64,000 bases of DNA, from contig WHUE01000002.1 of NCBI GenBank assembly GCA_009377375.1, forward strand, positions 33,350 through 97,349, written 5' to 3'. The number at the start of each line of letters is the position of its first letter. Position 1 is the first letter of the stretch. The notes beneath the pieces are model-generated. The model did not search any database. It was not told the DNA's origin and worked only from the letters and a program-made list of their open reading frames with translations. This stretch comes from Alphaproteobacteria bacterium (lineage in GTDB: Bacteria > Pseudomonadota > Alphaproteobacteria > MPNO01 > UBA2964). Made by a program: the position numbers and the translations under genes. Below, in pieces: positions 1-9,552 of this stretch.

Positions 1-834
1 GAGATCGCCGCCGCGCGCCGCTGCCTGCCGCAGGCCTTCGCCGGCCCGTCGCAGGGCGCGCTGCTCTGCTGGCTCTGCTGGATCGCGCTCGCCCTGCTGA
101 CGGTCTACTGCCTGGCGCGGTTCGATTTTTCTCCGGCCCGGCTGCTGGGCGGGATGGACCAGCTCGGCATCGTCGTGCGCGAGATGTTTCCGCCCAGCCA
201 GGGCGACGATCCGGGGGAAATCCTCTGGGCGCTGCTGGAGACGCTGGCGATGGCCTTCCTCGGTACGCTCCTCGCCGCGGTTGCGGCGGCGCCGCTGTCC
301 TTCCTCGCGGCGCGGAATACCTTTCCGTTTCGCCTCCCGCGGTTCGGCGTGCGCCGGTTCATGGATATGCTGCGCGGGGTGGACCAGCTCATCTGGGCCC
401 TGATCTTCGTGCGTGCCGTGGGACTCGGCCCGCTCGCCGGCATCATGGCGATCTTCATCTCCGACACCGGCACCCTCGCCAAGCTGTTCTCGGAATCGGT
501 TGAGAACATCGAAAAAAGGCAGATCGACGGGGTGCGATCCGCCGGCGCGGGCCAGGTGCAGACCCTGCGCTTCGCGGTCCTGCCGCAGGTGCTGCCGATG
601 TTCCTCTCCAGCGCGCTGTACATGTTCGAGTCCAACGTGCGCTCGGCGACCATACTCGGCATCGTCGGCGCCGGCGGCATCGGCTTCCAGCTTTCCGACC
701 GCATCCGGGCGCACCGCTGGGAAGAGGCGTGCTTCATCCTGATCCTGATCCTGGTCACGGTGGCGATTATCGACCGGATCTCGAAACGGCTGCGCGAGCG
801 GCTGATCGGTCCGGAAACGGCAACGGCCGGATAG
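1..834 (+). CDS. phnE: phosphonate ABC transporter permease PhnE (5'-partial, enters from upstream of window)
   Basis: Frame 1 is open from nt 1 with no stop (EIAAARRCLPQAFAG..LLCWLCWIALALLTVYC..). The ATG-started ORF 154..834 has multiple TM stretches and an ABC-permease loop (SNVRSATILGIVGAGGIGF). It is typical PhnE and sits directly upstream of the C-P lyase genes. Confidence 0.8.
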   Translation, partial: EIAAARRCLPQAFAGPSQGALLCWLCWIALALLTVYCLARFDFSPARLLGGMDQLGIVVREMFPPSQGDDPGEILWALLETLAMAFLGTLLAAVAAAPLSFLAARNTFPFRLPRFGVRRFMDMLRGVDQLIWALIFVRAVGLGPLAGIMAIFISDTGTLAKLFSESVENIEKRQIDGVRSAGAGQVQTLRFAVLPQVLPMFLSSALYMFESNVRSATILGIVGAGGIGFQLSDRIRAHRWEEACFILILILVTVAIIDRISKRLRERLIGPETATAG

Positions 835-864
835 CACGGCTTCCTGCGTGCGTGCGACCCTGCG

Positions 865-1632
865 TTACCGCGCCCGACCCGCCGTCGCAGCGCCTGCGCA
901 GGCGGGCGATCCGTCCTGCCTGCCCGGCGCCGATTTTGGTGCGCCCAGCACGTGCTGCTCGACGGCGCGGAACTGCGCCCCGAGGCGGTTCTGCTCGAAC
1001 AGCCACAGGCAGTCTACCGCCACCGGCCGGCGCAGGGTTTCGCCGAACCGGTCCCCGATCGCCGCTTCCATCGACGCCGCCTCGTCCGGCCGCAGCGGCC
1101 CGGTCAGGCTCAGGTGAAAGCGGAACTCGTCCATCACATAGGGATAGCCCCATTCGCAGAGCATCGCCTCCTGGCGCGGCGTCAGCCCGGCACGGCGTCG
1201 GCGCGTGAACTCTGGCTCGGTCGGCGGGCCGCGGAACGACTCGAACGCGCGCATCGCGTCCGCCGCCAGCGCATCCATCGCCCTGCTGCGCGGGACCGGA
1301 GCCAGTGCGAGGAACCGGCCGATCCGGACGACTTTCATTCCGCCCAGGCGGAACGGCAGCTGCCGGGCGGCGAAGGCGGCGACGGCCGCGCGCAGCATGC
1401 CGCGCGTGGTGTCGGGGGCGAGGCGGAAGGGCGGCTTCAGCGTGCCGTGAAACCCGTACTTGCGGGGTTCGGAGGTCACCTGGAACAGCCGGTCCGGCTC
1501 TATCCCGGACATCAGCGGCTGGGCGACGGTCTCGCCGGTGAAGGCGTCGCGGCCGAGCCATGCGCTGCCCCATTGCCAGAATGCGCTGTCACGGCGCGGC
1601 GCGAAGAAGATGGCATAGCGGTACGCAGTCAT
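865..1632 (-). CDS. DUF1045-family (2H-phosphoesterase-like) phosphonate metabolism-associated protein
   Basis: 255-aa ORF (MTAYRYAIFFAPRRDSAFWQW..) matching the DUF1045 proteins that accompany phn operons. It is divergent from phnG across an intergenic region that carries a Pho-box-like repeat. Confidence 0.6.
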   Translation of the reverse strand: MTAYRYAIFFAPRRDSAFWQWGSAWLGRDAFTGETVAQPLMSGIEPDRLFQVTSEPRKYGFHGTLKPPFRLAPDTTRGMLRAAVAAFAARQLPFRLGGMKVVRIGRFLALAPVPRSRAMDALAADAMRAFESFRGPPTEPEFTRRRRAGLTPRQEAMLCEWGYPYVMDEFRFHLSLTGPLRPDEAASMEAAIGDRFGETLRRPVAVDCLWLFEQNRLGAQFRAVEQHVLGAPKSAPGRQDGSPACAGAATAGRAR

Positions 1633-1726
1633 TGGACCTCCGACAATACGACGCTTCGATGACAGAAATATTGCGTGCGATACCGCGCGGCGCAGCGGAT
1701 GAAGGCGTCTTGAAACTTAAACCCTC

Positions 1727-1744
1727 CTGTCACATTCGCGTCAC
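1727..1744 (+). promoter_or_regulatory. Pho-box-like direct repeat (CTGTCAC-ATTC-GCGTCAC) in the phnG / DUF1045 divergent promoter
   Basis: 7-4-7 direct repeat resembling the PhoB consensus CTGTCAT-N4-CTGTCAT, about 50 bp upstream of the phnG start codon. Confidence 0.4.
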
Positions 1745-1795
1745 CCAGGACTGTTTGATTGCAGTTCCGCAATCGCTTTGTCCGAGCCGCCCTTC

Positions 1796-2269
1796 ATGCC
1801 TGCCCAGCACCCTGAAACAGCCGCACCCGTCGAGCGAAGGCGCTGGATGGGGCTGCTCGCACGGGCCCGGCTGCCGGAGCTCGAGGAAGCCTGGGCCGCG
1901 CTGGACGACGCGCCCGCTTTCGAGGCGCTGCGCCGGCCGGAAACCGGTCTGGTGATGGTGCGCGGCCGGGCCGGCGGGTCCGGCACGGCCTTCAACCTGG
2001 GCGAGATGACGATGACGCGCGCTTCGGTGCGGCTGGCCGACGGCCCGGTCGGGCACGGCTATGTCGCCGGGCGCGACGTCCGTCACGCCGAGCTGGCCGC
2101 GCTGTTCGACGCGCTGATGCAGCTGCCGGCGCGGCGCGGCGCCATCGACGCGGCGCTTCTGCGGCCCGTCAGCCGCCGCATCGAGAATGCAAGGCGGCGC
2201 GCCCGCGCGAAAACCATGGCGACCGCGGTCGATTTCTTCACCCTGGTCCGCGGCGAGGACGAGGCATGA
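1796..2269 (+). CDS. phnG: C-P lyase core complex subunit PhnG
   Basis: Translation (..VMVRGRAGGSGTAFNLGEMTMTRASVRL..) is PhnG-like. ATG at 1796; a TTG at 1778 would extend it by 6 aa. Its stop overlaps the phnH ATG. Confidence 0.8.
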   Translation: MPAQHPETAAPVERRRWMGLLARARLPELEEAWAALDDAPAFEALRRPETGLVMVRGRAGGSGTAFNLGEMTMTRASVRLADGPVGHGYVAGRDVRHAELAALFDALMQLPARRGAIDAALLRPVSRRIENARRRARAKTMATAVDFFTLVRGEDEA

Positions 2270-2868
2270 GCGCCGCCGTGCTCGCCCCCGGATTTGCCGA
2301 TCCGGTGTCGGATGCTCAGGCGACGTTCCGCGCGGCGCTGCATGCCATGGCGCATCCCGGGCGGGTGATGGAAGCCGGCGTCGGGCTGGCGCCGCCTGCG
2401 CCGCTGTTTCCGGCCACGGCGGCCATCGCGCTGGCGCTGCTCGACATGGACACGCCGCTCTGGCTGGACGTCGCGGCGGACACCGATGAAGTGCGCGGCT
2501 GGTTCGCGTTCCATTGCGGCTGCCCGGTGACCGGCGATGCGGCGGAGGCTGCTTTCGTCATCGTCGCGGCGCCGGGCGTCTCGACCGGCTTCGGCGATTT
2601 TCCGAGCGGCAGCGACGAGGCGCCGGAACGGGCGGCCACGCTGATCGTACAGGCCGCGCGGTTCCGTCCGGGGCAGGGGCGGCTTCTGTCGGGGCCGGGG
2701 ATCGACGGCGCTTCGCTGTTGCAGGTCGACGGCGTGCCGGAGGCGTTCTGGGCCTGGCGCGGGGGGCAGGAAGGCGCGTTCCCACGCGGAGCGGATGTGC
2801 TGTTCACAGCCGGTTTCGCGCTGTGCGCGCTGCCGCGCACCACCATCGTTTCCGGTGCGGAGGGCTGA
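2266..2868 (+). CDS. phnH: C-P lyase subunit PhnH
   Basis: 200-aa ORF, ATGA overlap with phnG, conserved operon position between phnG and phnI. Confidence 0.8.
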   Translation: MSAAVLAPGFADPVSDAQATFRAALHAMAHPGRVMEAGVGLAPPAPLFPATAAIALALLDMDTPLWLDVAADTDEVRGWFAFHCGCPVTGDAAEAAFVIVAAPGVSTGFGDFPSGSDEAPERAATLIVQAARFRPGQGRLLSGPGIDGASLLQVDGVPEAFWAWRGGQEGAFPRGADVLFTAGFALCALPRTTIVSGAEG

Positions 2869-2871
2869 CCG

Positions 2872-3966
2872 ATGTATGTCGCGGTCAAGGGCGGCGAAAA
2901 GGCGATCTCGGCGGCGCACTGCTTGCTCGCCGAGACGCGGCGCGGCGACGTCGCCGTGCCGGAGCTCACGCTCGAGCAGATCGGGCAGCAGATGGCGCTG
3001 GCGGTGGACCGGGTGATGACCGAAGGCTCGGTCTACGACCGTGACCTCGCGGCGCTCGCCATCAAGCAGGCGCGCGGCGACCTGGTGGAGGCGATCTTCC
3101 TGCTGCGCGCCTATCGCACCACCCTGCCGCGCCTTGCCGCCTCGATGCCGATCGACACCGCGGCGATGGACGTGCGCCGCCGCATCTCGGCCACCTACAA
3201 GGACCTTCCGGGCGGGCAGGTGCTGGGGCCGACCTTCGACTATACCCACCGGCTGCTCGATTTCGCGCTGGCGGCGGAGGGCGCGCCGCCCGCCAAGGCG
3301 CCGACCGCGCCGGCGGACAATACCTCCGCCATGCCGCGCGCGCTCGACATTCTCGACCGCGAGGGGCTGATCGAGCCGCCCGGCGAGAGCAAGGGTGGGG
3401 CCGCACCCGGCGACCTGACGCGCGAGCCGCTCGCCTTTCCCGCGGACCGGGCGGTGCGGCTGCAGAACCTCGCGCGCGGCGACGAGGGCTTCCTGCTGGC
3501 GCTGGGCTATTCCACCCAGCGCGGCTACGGCAACACCCACCCCTTCGCCGGCGAGATCCGCATGGGCGAGGTGGCGGTGGAGATCGTGCCCGAGGAACTG
3601 GGATTTGCCGTCGAGATCGGCGACATCACCGTCACCGAATGCGAGATGGTCAACCAGTTCCTCGGTTCGGAGCGCGCGCCGCCCCGCTTCACCCGCGGCT
3701 ACGGCCTCGCCTTCGGCGAGCAGGATCGCAAGGCGATGGCGATGTCGCTGGTCGACCGCGCGCTGCGCGCCGCCGAGCTGGGCGAGGACGCGGATACCCC
3801 GGCGCACGACGCCGAGTTCGTGCTCTACCACAGCGACAACGTCGAGGCGCAGGGCTTCGTGCAGCATCTGAAGCTGCCGCACTACGTGGATTTCCAGTCC
3901 GAGCTGGAGCTGATTCGCCGGCTGCGGAAAACCTATGCGGCGGACGCCCCGGCGGCAGCGGAGTGA
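2872..3966 (+). CDS. phnI: C-P lyase subunit PhnI (alpha-D-ribose 1-methylphosphonate 5-triphosphate synthase)
   Basis: 364-aa ORF; MYVAVKGGEKAI..LRAYRTTLPR.. is strongly PhnI-like. Confidence 0.9.
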   Translation: MYVAVKGGEKAISAAHCLLAETRRGDVAVPELTLEQIGQQMALAVDRVMTEGSVYDRDLAALAIKQARGDLVEAIFLLRAYRTTLPRLAASMPIDTAAMDVRRRISATYKDLPGGQVLGPTFDYTHRLLDFALAAEGAPPAKAPTAPADNTSAMPRALDILDREGLIEPPGESKGGAAPGDLTREPLAFPADRAVRLQNLARGDEGFLLALGYSTQRGYGNTHPFAGEIRMGEVAVEIVPEELGFAVEIGDITVTECEMVNQFLGSERAPPRFTRGYGLAFGEQDRKAMAMSLVDRALRAAELGEDADTPAHDAEFVLYHSDNVEAQGFVQHLKLPHYVDFQSELELIRRLRKTYAADAPAAAE

Positions 3967-4841
3967 TGGCGATGGACGGAATGCCGGCGCAGAGCGGATA
4001 CAACTTCGCCTATCTGGACGAGCAGACCAAGCGCATGATCCGCCGCGCCATCCTCAAGGCCGTGGCGATCCCGGGCTACCAGGTGCCGTTCGGCAGCCGC
4101 GAGATGCCGCTGCCCTATGGCTGGGGCACCGGCGGCATCCAGGTCACGGCCAGCGTGATCGGTCCGGCGGACGTGCTCAAGGTGATCGACCAGGGCGCGG
4201 ACGACACCACCAACGCGGTCAGCATCCGCGCCTTCTTCGCCCGCACCACCGGCGTCGCTACCACCGAGCGCACGGCGGAGGCGACTCTGATCCAGACCCG
4301 GCACCGGATTCCCGAGACTCCGCTGAAGGAAGGCCAGATCCTGGTCTACCAGGTGCCGACCCCCGAGCCGCTGCGCTGGCTGGAGCCGCGCGAGTCCGAG
4401 ACGCGCAAGATGCACGCCCTGCAGGAATACGGCGTCATGCATGTGCGGCTGTACGAGGACGTGGCGAAGTTCGGCCGCATCGCGATGTCCTACGACTATC
4501 CGGTGCGGGTGAACGGCCGCTACATCATGCGCCCGTCGCCGATCCCGAAATTCGACAATCCGAAGATGGACCGCTGCCCGACCCTCCAGCTCTTCGGCGC
4601 GGGGCGCGAGAAGCGGATCTACGCCGTGCCGCCCTATACCGAGGTGCGCAGCCTGGATTTCGAGGACCACCCGTTCGAGATCCAGAAATGGGACGAGGCC
4701 TGCGCGCTCTGCGGCGCCGAAGACAGCTTCCTCGACGAGGTCGTCACCGACGACGCGGGCGGGCGGATGTTCGTCTGCTCGGACACCGACTACTGCGCGG
4801 AGCGTTGCCGGGCCGCCGAAGCCGATGGAGACGCGGCATGA
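3966..4841 (+). CDS. phnJ: C-P lyase PhnJ (radical-SAM-like, Cys-rich C-terminus)
   Basis: ATG overlaps the phnI stop (TGATGG). MAMDGMPAQSGYNFAYLDEQTKR.. and the C-terminal CxxC..C..C cluster (CPTLQ..CALCGAEDSFLDEV..CSDTDYCAERC) are typical PhnJ. 291 aa. Confidence 0.9.
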   Translation: MAMDGMPAQSGYNFAYLDEQTKRMIRRAILKAVAIPGYQVPFGSREMPLPYGWGTGGIQVTASVIGPADVLKVIDQGADDTTNAVSIRAFFARTTGVATTERTAEATLIQTRHRIPETPLKEGQILVYQVPTPEPLRWLEPRESETRKMHALQEYGVMHVRLYEDVAKFGRIAMSYDYPVRVNGRYIMRPSPIPKFDNPKMDRCPTLQLFGAGREKRIYAVPPYTEVRSLDFEDHPFEIQKWDEACALCGAEDSFLDEVVTDDAGGRMFVCSDTDYCAERCRAAEADGDAA

Positions 4842-5623
4842 GCGCCGCCGCGGAATCGCCGCTGCTGCGGGTGCGCGGGCTCGCGCGCCACTACGGCGCC
4901 ATCGTCGGCTGCCGCGCGGTGTCGTTCGATCTGTGGCCGGGCGAGGTGCTGGGCGTCGTGGGCGAATCCGGCTCCGGCAAGTCCACCCTGCTGAACTGCC
5001 TCTCCGGCCGCCTGGGACTGACCGTGGGCACGGTCGAATTCGACATGCGGGGCAGGGGGCTGACCGATCTCGCCGCGCTGTCGGAGGCCGAGCGCCGCAT
5101 GCTGATGCGCACCGACTGGGGCTTCGTCTTCCAGAGCCCGCGCGAAGGGCTGCGGATGAACGTCAGCGCGGGGGCCAATATCGGCGAACGGCTGATGGCG
5201 GTCGGCGCCCGCCACTACGGCGCGATCCGCGCGGAGGCGGCCGACTGGCTGGAAAAGGTGGAGTTCGACCTCGCCCGCATCGACCACATGCCGGAAACCT
5301 TCTCCGGCGGCATGCAGCAGCGGGTGCAGATCGCGCGCACGCTGGTGACGCGTCCCCGGCTGGTGTTCATGGACGAGCCGACGGGCGGGCTCGACGTCTC
5401 GGTGCAGGCGCGGCTGCTCGATCTCGTCCGTGCGCTGGTGGAGGAGTTGCGGCTGGCGGCGATCGTCGTCACCCACGACCTGGCGGTTGCACGGCTGATC
5501 ACCCACCGGCTGATGGTAATGCGCGGCGGCGCGGTGGTGGAGACCGGGCTGACCGACCAGTTGCTGGACGATCCGCACCATCCCTACACCCAGCTTCTCG
5601 TGTCCTCGGTGCTGCAGCCGTGA
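4838..5623 (+). CDS. phnK: C-P lyase-associated ABC-type ATPase PhnK
   Basis: ATGA overlap with phnJ. Walker A GESGSGKST, ABC signature FSGGMQQR, Walker B LVFMDEPT. Confidence 0.85.
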   Translation: MSAAAESPLLRVRGLARHYGAIVGCRAVSFDLWPGEVLGVVGESGSGKSTLLNCLSGRLGLTVGTVEFDMRGRGLTDLAALSEAERRMLMRTDWGFVFQSPREGLRMNVSAGANIGERLMAVGARHYGAIRAEAADWLEKVEFDLARIDHMPETFSGGMQQRVQIARTLVTRPRLVFMDEPTGGLDVSVQARLLDLVRALVEELRLAAIVVTHDLAVARLITHRLMVMRGGAVVETGLTDQLLDDPHHPYTQLLVSSVLQP

Positions 5624-5640
5624 GCGCGGCGGGCGAGGCG

Positions 5641-6330
5641 ATGCTGCAGACAGAGGGGCTGAAAAAGAGCTTCCTGCTGCACACCCAGGACGGGGTGCGG
5701 CTGGACGTGCTGCGCGGCGTCAATCTTGAAGCGCGCGCGGGCGAATGCCTGGCGCTGCACGGACCGTCCGGATCCGGCAAGTCGTCGCTGATGCGCTGCC
5801 TCTACGGCAACTACCGCGCCGAGTCAGGGCGCATCCTGGTGCGCCATGACGGGCGCGAGGTGGACATCGCCGCCGCCGCGCCGCGCGAAATCCTGGCCGT
5901 GCGACGGACCACGATGGGCTATGTCAGCCAGTTCCTGCGCGCGGTGCCGCGCGTGCCCGCTCTGGACATCGTCGCCGCGCCGCTGCGCAGCGCCGGGGTG
6001 GCGGCGGCGGACGCCCGCGCCCGCGCCGGGGCGATGCTGGAGCGGCTCAATATCCCGTCGCGGCTGTGGCCGCTGGCCCCGGCCACGTTCTCCGGCGGCG
6101 AACAGCAGCGTGTCAACGTTGCCCGCGGGCTTCTCGCCGATTTCCCGATCCTGTTGCTGGACGAGCCGACCTCCGCGCTCGATGCCAGGAACCGCGAGGT
6201 CGTCGCCGCCATGATCCGGGAGAAGGCGGAAGCGGGCTGCGCCGTCGTCGGCATCTTTCACGATGCCGAGGTGCGCGACGCGGTGGCGGACAGGCTGTTC
6301 GAAATGAAGGCGGGGAAGGTCGGGGCATGA
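5641..6330 (+). CDS. phnL: C-P lyase-associated ABC-type ATPase PhnL
   Basis: Walker A GPSGSGKSS, FSGGEQQR, LLLDEPTS. A GTG at 5620 overlapping the phnK stop is an alternative start. Confidence 0.8.
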   Translation: MLQTEGLKKSFLLHTQDGVRLDVLRGVNLEARAGECLALHGPSGSGKSSLMRCLYGNYRAESGRILVRHDGREVDIAAAAPREILAVRRTTMGYVSQFLRAVPRVPALDIVAAPLRSAGVAAADARARAGAMLERLNIPSRLWPLAPATFSGGEQQRVNVARGLLADFPILLLDEPTSALDARNREVVAAMIREKAEAGCAVVGIFHDAEVRDAVADRLFEMKAGKVGA

Positions 6331-7478
6331 ACATTCGGGCGGACACGGTGCTGACCAACGCGCGCATCGTGCTGCGCGACGAGGTGATCCGCGGCACGGT
6401 GCAGGTGAAGGACGGATGCATCGAAGCCGTCGATTCCGGCCGGTCCAACCTGCCTTCGGCGACCGACTGCGACGGCGACTACCTGCTGCCCGGCTTCGTG
6501 GAGCTGCACACCGACAATCTGGAGAAGCATTTCAGCCCCCGCCCCGGTGTCGCCTGGCCGGCGGTGCCGGCGGCGATGGGCCACGACGCGCAGCTTGCCG
6601 CGGCCGGCATCACCACCGTATTCGATGCGGTGTGTCTCGGCGACCTGTTCAAGGACTCGGGCCGCGTCGTCCACCTGCGCCGCATGATGGGCGCCATCAC
6701 GGCTGCGCAGGAGGCCGGGCTGCTGCGCGCCGATCACCGCATCCACCTGCGCTGCGAGCTGAGCTTCGACGGGGTGGTGGCACTGTTCGACGAACATGCG
6801 GGCAGCCCGCTGGTCGGGCTGATCTCGCTGATGGACCACACGCCGGGGCAGCGCCAGTTCGTCCACCCGGAAGCCTATCGCACCTACTACCAGAAGAAGT
6901 ACGGGCTGACCGATGAGGCGCTGGCGGAATTCACCGCCAGCCAGAAACGCGCGCATGAGGAACACAGCGCCCCCAACCGCGCCCGTATCGTCGAGCGCGC
7001 CCGTGCCCGCGGCCTCGCCATCGCCAGCCACGACGACGCGACGCCCGACCATGTGCGCGAGGCGGCTGCGCTGGGCGCTGTGATCTCGGAGTTTCCGACC
7101 ACGGTGGAGGCGGCGGAAGAGGCGCGGCGCCACGAGCTGAAGGTGCTCATGGGCGCGCCGAACCTGGTGCTCGGCGGTTCGCATTCCGGCAACGTCTCGG
7201 CGGCGGAGCTGGCGCGGCGCGGGCTGCTCGACGTGATCTCGTCCGACTACGTGCCCGGCTCAATGCTGCATGCGGTGTTCGGGCTGGCCGACGGGGACGA
7301 TGCCATCCGCCTGCCGGATGCCGTCGCCAAGGTCTCGGCCAACCCGGCCGACGCTGCCGGCATGGACGACCGGGGCGTGATCGCGCGTGGGCGGCGCGCC
7401 GATCTGCTCAGGGTCCGCCTGTACGGGGGCGTTCCCGCCGTCGCCGCGGTGTGGCGCCAGGGCGAGCGGGTGCTCTGA
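6327..7478 (+). CDS. phnM: alpha-D-ribose 1-methylphosphonate 5-triphosphate diphosphatase PhnM (amidohydrolase fold)
   Basis: ATGA overlap with phnL. MNIRADTVLTNARIV..LLPGFVELHTDNLEKH.. is the PhnM metal-dependent hydrolase signature. Confidence 0.85.
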   Translation: MNIRADTVLTNARIVLRDEVIRGTVQVKDGCIEAVDSGRSNLPSATDCDGDYLLPGFVELHTDNLEKHFSPRPGVAWPAVPAAMGHDAQLAAAGITTVFDAVCLGDLFKDSGRVVHLRRMMGAITAAQEAGLLRADHRIHLRCELSFDGVVALFDEHAGSPLVGLISLMDHTPGQRQFVHPEAYRTYYQKKYGLTDEALAEFTASQKRAHEEHSAPNRARIVERARARGLAIASHDDATPDHVREAAALGAVISEFPTTVEAAEEARRHELKVLMGAPNLVLGGSHSGNVSAAELARRGLLDVISSDYVPGSMLHAVFGLADGDDAIRLPDAVAKVSANPADAAGMDDRGVIARGRRADLLRVRLYGGVPAVAAVWRQGERVL

Positions 7479-8071
7479 TGGACAACGAAACGGGGAAACC
7501 GGAAATGGGCTCGGCGGATTTCCTGCTTGAAACGCTGGCGGTTCATGGCGAACGGTCTTACGGCACCGAGAAGGTGACCCAGCTCGAACACGCGCTGCAA
7601 AGCGCGGCACTGGCCGAGGCCGACGGCGCGGCCGACGCGCTGGTGATCGCGGCGCTGCTGCACGATATCGGCCATCTGCTGCACCGGTTCGAGCGCGACG
7701 CGATCCGGCGCGGCTTCGACGACCTGCACGAGGAGCGCGGCGCGGAGCTGCTGTCCCGGTGGTTCGGACCCGACGTGTCGGAGCCCGTGCGGCTGCACGT
7801 GCCCGCCAAGCGCTATCTCTGCGCGGTGGAGCCCGGCTATTGGGGCACGCTGTCGCGCGTCTCCGTGCGCACGCTGGAGCTTCAGGGCGGCCCGTTCGAT
7901 GAACATATGGCGGCCGCCTTCATCGCCCGACCCTATGCGCCGGATGCCGTCCGGCTTCGCCGCTGGGACGATCTCGCCAAGGCGCCGGGCCGGCGGGTGC
8001 CGGTTCCCGACCATTACCGCGGCCGCATGCAGGGGCTGATGCGCGGCACCCTGGCCGCCGCGATCCGTTGA
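7478..8071 (+). CDS. phn-operon-associated HD (HDIG) domain phosphohydrolase
   Basis: TGATG overlap with phnM. HD motif (AALLHDIGHLL). Proteins of this type occupy the 3' end of C-P lyase operons. Confidence 0.65.
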   Translation: MDNETGKPEMGSADFLLETLAVHGERSYGTEKVTQLEHALQSAALAEADGAADALVIAALLHDIGHLLHRFERDAIRRGFDDLHEERGAELLSRWFGPDVSEPVRLHVPAKRYLCAVEPGYWGTLSRVSVRTLELQGGPFDEHMAAAFIARPYAPDAVRLRRWDDLAKAPGRRVPVPDHYRGRMQGLMRGTLAAAIR

Positions 8072-8388
8072 CGCCTCGGGCGGGCTCGAGGCGCGGGCCG
8101 CGCGTGGAATCCTCCACAGCCTGCTATTTCGCCCGAATCCGATCGACGGGCACGCGGCGCCAACGGTTCCCGTAACCCGTCCTTCGCCTCCATCCGGCCC
8201 GGACCGCCCGCTGCAGGCCGATCCGTCCTCGGTCGAACGATCCTTGCCCCCGCCCCTAAACCGTTTGCGCCCCGCGGCTAAACCCGGTACGTAAACGCGG
8301 AAAAGGGGCGTTTCCCCGAAGAAGGATGTCATTCTCCCGCAACCGGCCGCGCATCGCGCCCGGGGGCGGGTCCGGACCCAAGCGCATC

Positions 8389-9549
8389 ATGAGCGATCTG
8401 GAACACAAGGCCCTGCTGCCGGCGGGGCTGCGCGACATGCTGCCGCCCGACGCGGCGTTCGAGGCGGAGATCGTCGAAAGGCTGGTCGCCTTTCTCGGCG
8501 CGCGCGGCTACGTGCGCGTCAAGCCGCCGCTGGTGGAGTTCGAGGACAGCCTGCTTTCGGGGGCCGGCGTCGCCGTGTCGCCCGACACGTTCCGCCTGAT
8601 GGACCCGGTATCGCAGCGGATGATGGGGGTGCGCGCCGACATCACGCCGCAGATCGCCCGCATCGCGCTCAGCCGGCTGGCGGCCGCCGCGCGGCCGCTG
8701 CGCCTGTCCTATGCCGGCGAGGTGCTGCGCGTGCGCGGCACGCAGCTTCGCCCCGAGCGCCAGTTCGTCCAGGTGGGCGCCGAGCTGATCGGCGCCGCCG
8801 GGCCGCTGGCGGATGCGGAGATCATCGTGACCGCGACAGAGGCGCTGGCCGCGATCGGCGTCGGCGGGCTCAGCGTCGATCTGACGACGCCCCGGCTGGT
8901 GCCGCTGGTCTGCGCCCGGTTCGGGCTCGAGGGCGAGGCGGGACGGATGGTGCGCGCGGCGCTCGATCGCAAGGATTCGGTCGGCGTGGCGGCGCATGCC
9001 GGACCGGCGGCGGAAACGCTGGCCGCGCTGCTGGCCGCCACCGGCCGGTTCGAGGACGTCTATCCGCGGCTCCAGACCGTGTCCCTGCCCGACGAGGCAG
9101 CGGAGGAGCGCGACCGCGTCGGCGCCATCGCCGCGCTGATCCGCAACGGCGCGCCCGACCTCCCGCTGACGCTGGACCCGGTCGAGCATCGCGGGTTCGA
9201 ATACCATACCGGCATCGGTTTCACCGTCTTCGCGGGCGGGGTGCGCGGTGAGTTGGCCGGCGGCGGGCGCTACCGCGCGCGCGGCGGCGAGGACGACGGC
9301 GAGGGCGAACGCGCCACCGGCTTCACGCTCTACGTGGATACCATCCTGCGCACGCTGACACCGCCGCCCGCGCAGCGCTGCATCCTGCTGCCGGTGGGCG
9401 TGGACGCCGCCGCGGCGCAGGCGCTGCACGAGGCGGGCTGGGTGACGGTGGCGTCGCTGGACGAAAACGCCGATCCGCGCGCCGAGGCGGCGCGGCTGGG
9501 CTGCGATCATGTGCTCGACGGCGGTGTGCCGTCGCCGGTAAGGGGTTGA
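8389..9549 (+). CDS. hisZ: ATP phosphoribosyltransferase regulatory subunit HisZ (HisRS paralog)
   Basis: Class II aaRS-like core without an anticodon domain (..RDMLPPDAAFEAEIVE..YAGEVLR..). ATG at 8389 is preferred over the upstream ORF start at 8326. Confidence 0.75.
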   Translation: MSDLEHKALLPAGLRDMLPPDAAFEAEIVERLVAFLGARGYVRVKPPLVEFEDSLLSGAGVAVSPDTFRLMDPVSQRMMGVRADITPQIARIALSRLAAAARPLRLSYAGEVLRVRGTQLRPERQFVQVGAELIGAAGPLADAEIIVTATEALAAIGVGGLSVDLTTPRLVPLVCARFGLEGEAGRMVRAALDRKDSVGVAAHAGPAAETLAALLAATGRFEDVYPRLQTVSLPDEAAEERDRVGAIAALIRNGAPDLPLTLDPVEHRGFEYHTGIGFTVFAGGVRGELAGGGRYRARGGEDDGEGERATGFTLYVDTILRTLTPPPAQRCILLPVGVDAAAAQALHEAGWVTVASLDENADPRAEAARLGCDHVLDGGVPSPVRG

Positions 9550-9552
9550 ATC

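Noticed and set aside
2083-3882. Very long antisense ORFs (for example 2083..3882 minus, 8329..10908 minus, 25532..27715 minus, 51526..54336 minus, 35577..36791 plus) overlapping well-supported genes.
   Set aside because: They are typical high-GC frame artefacts. The translations are Arg/Ala/Pro/Gly-rich with no domain signatures, and each is fully overlapped by a gene with clear homology-type motifs on the other strand.
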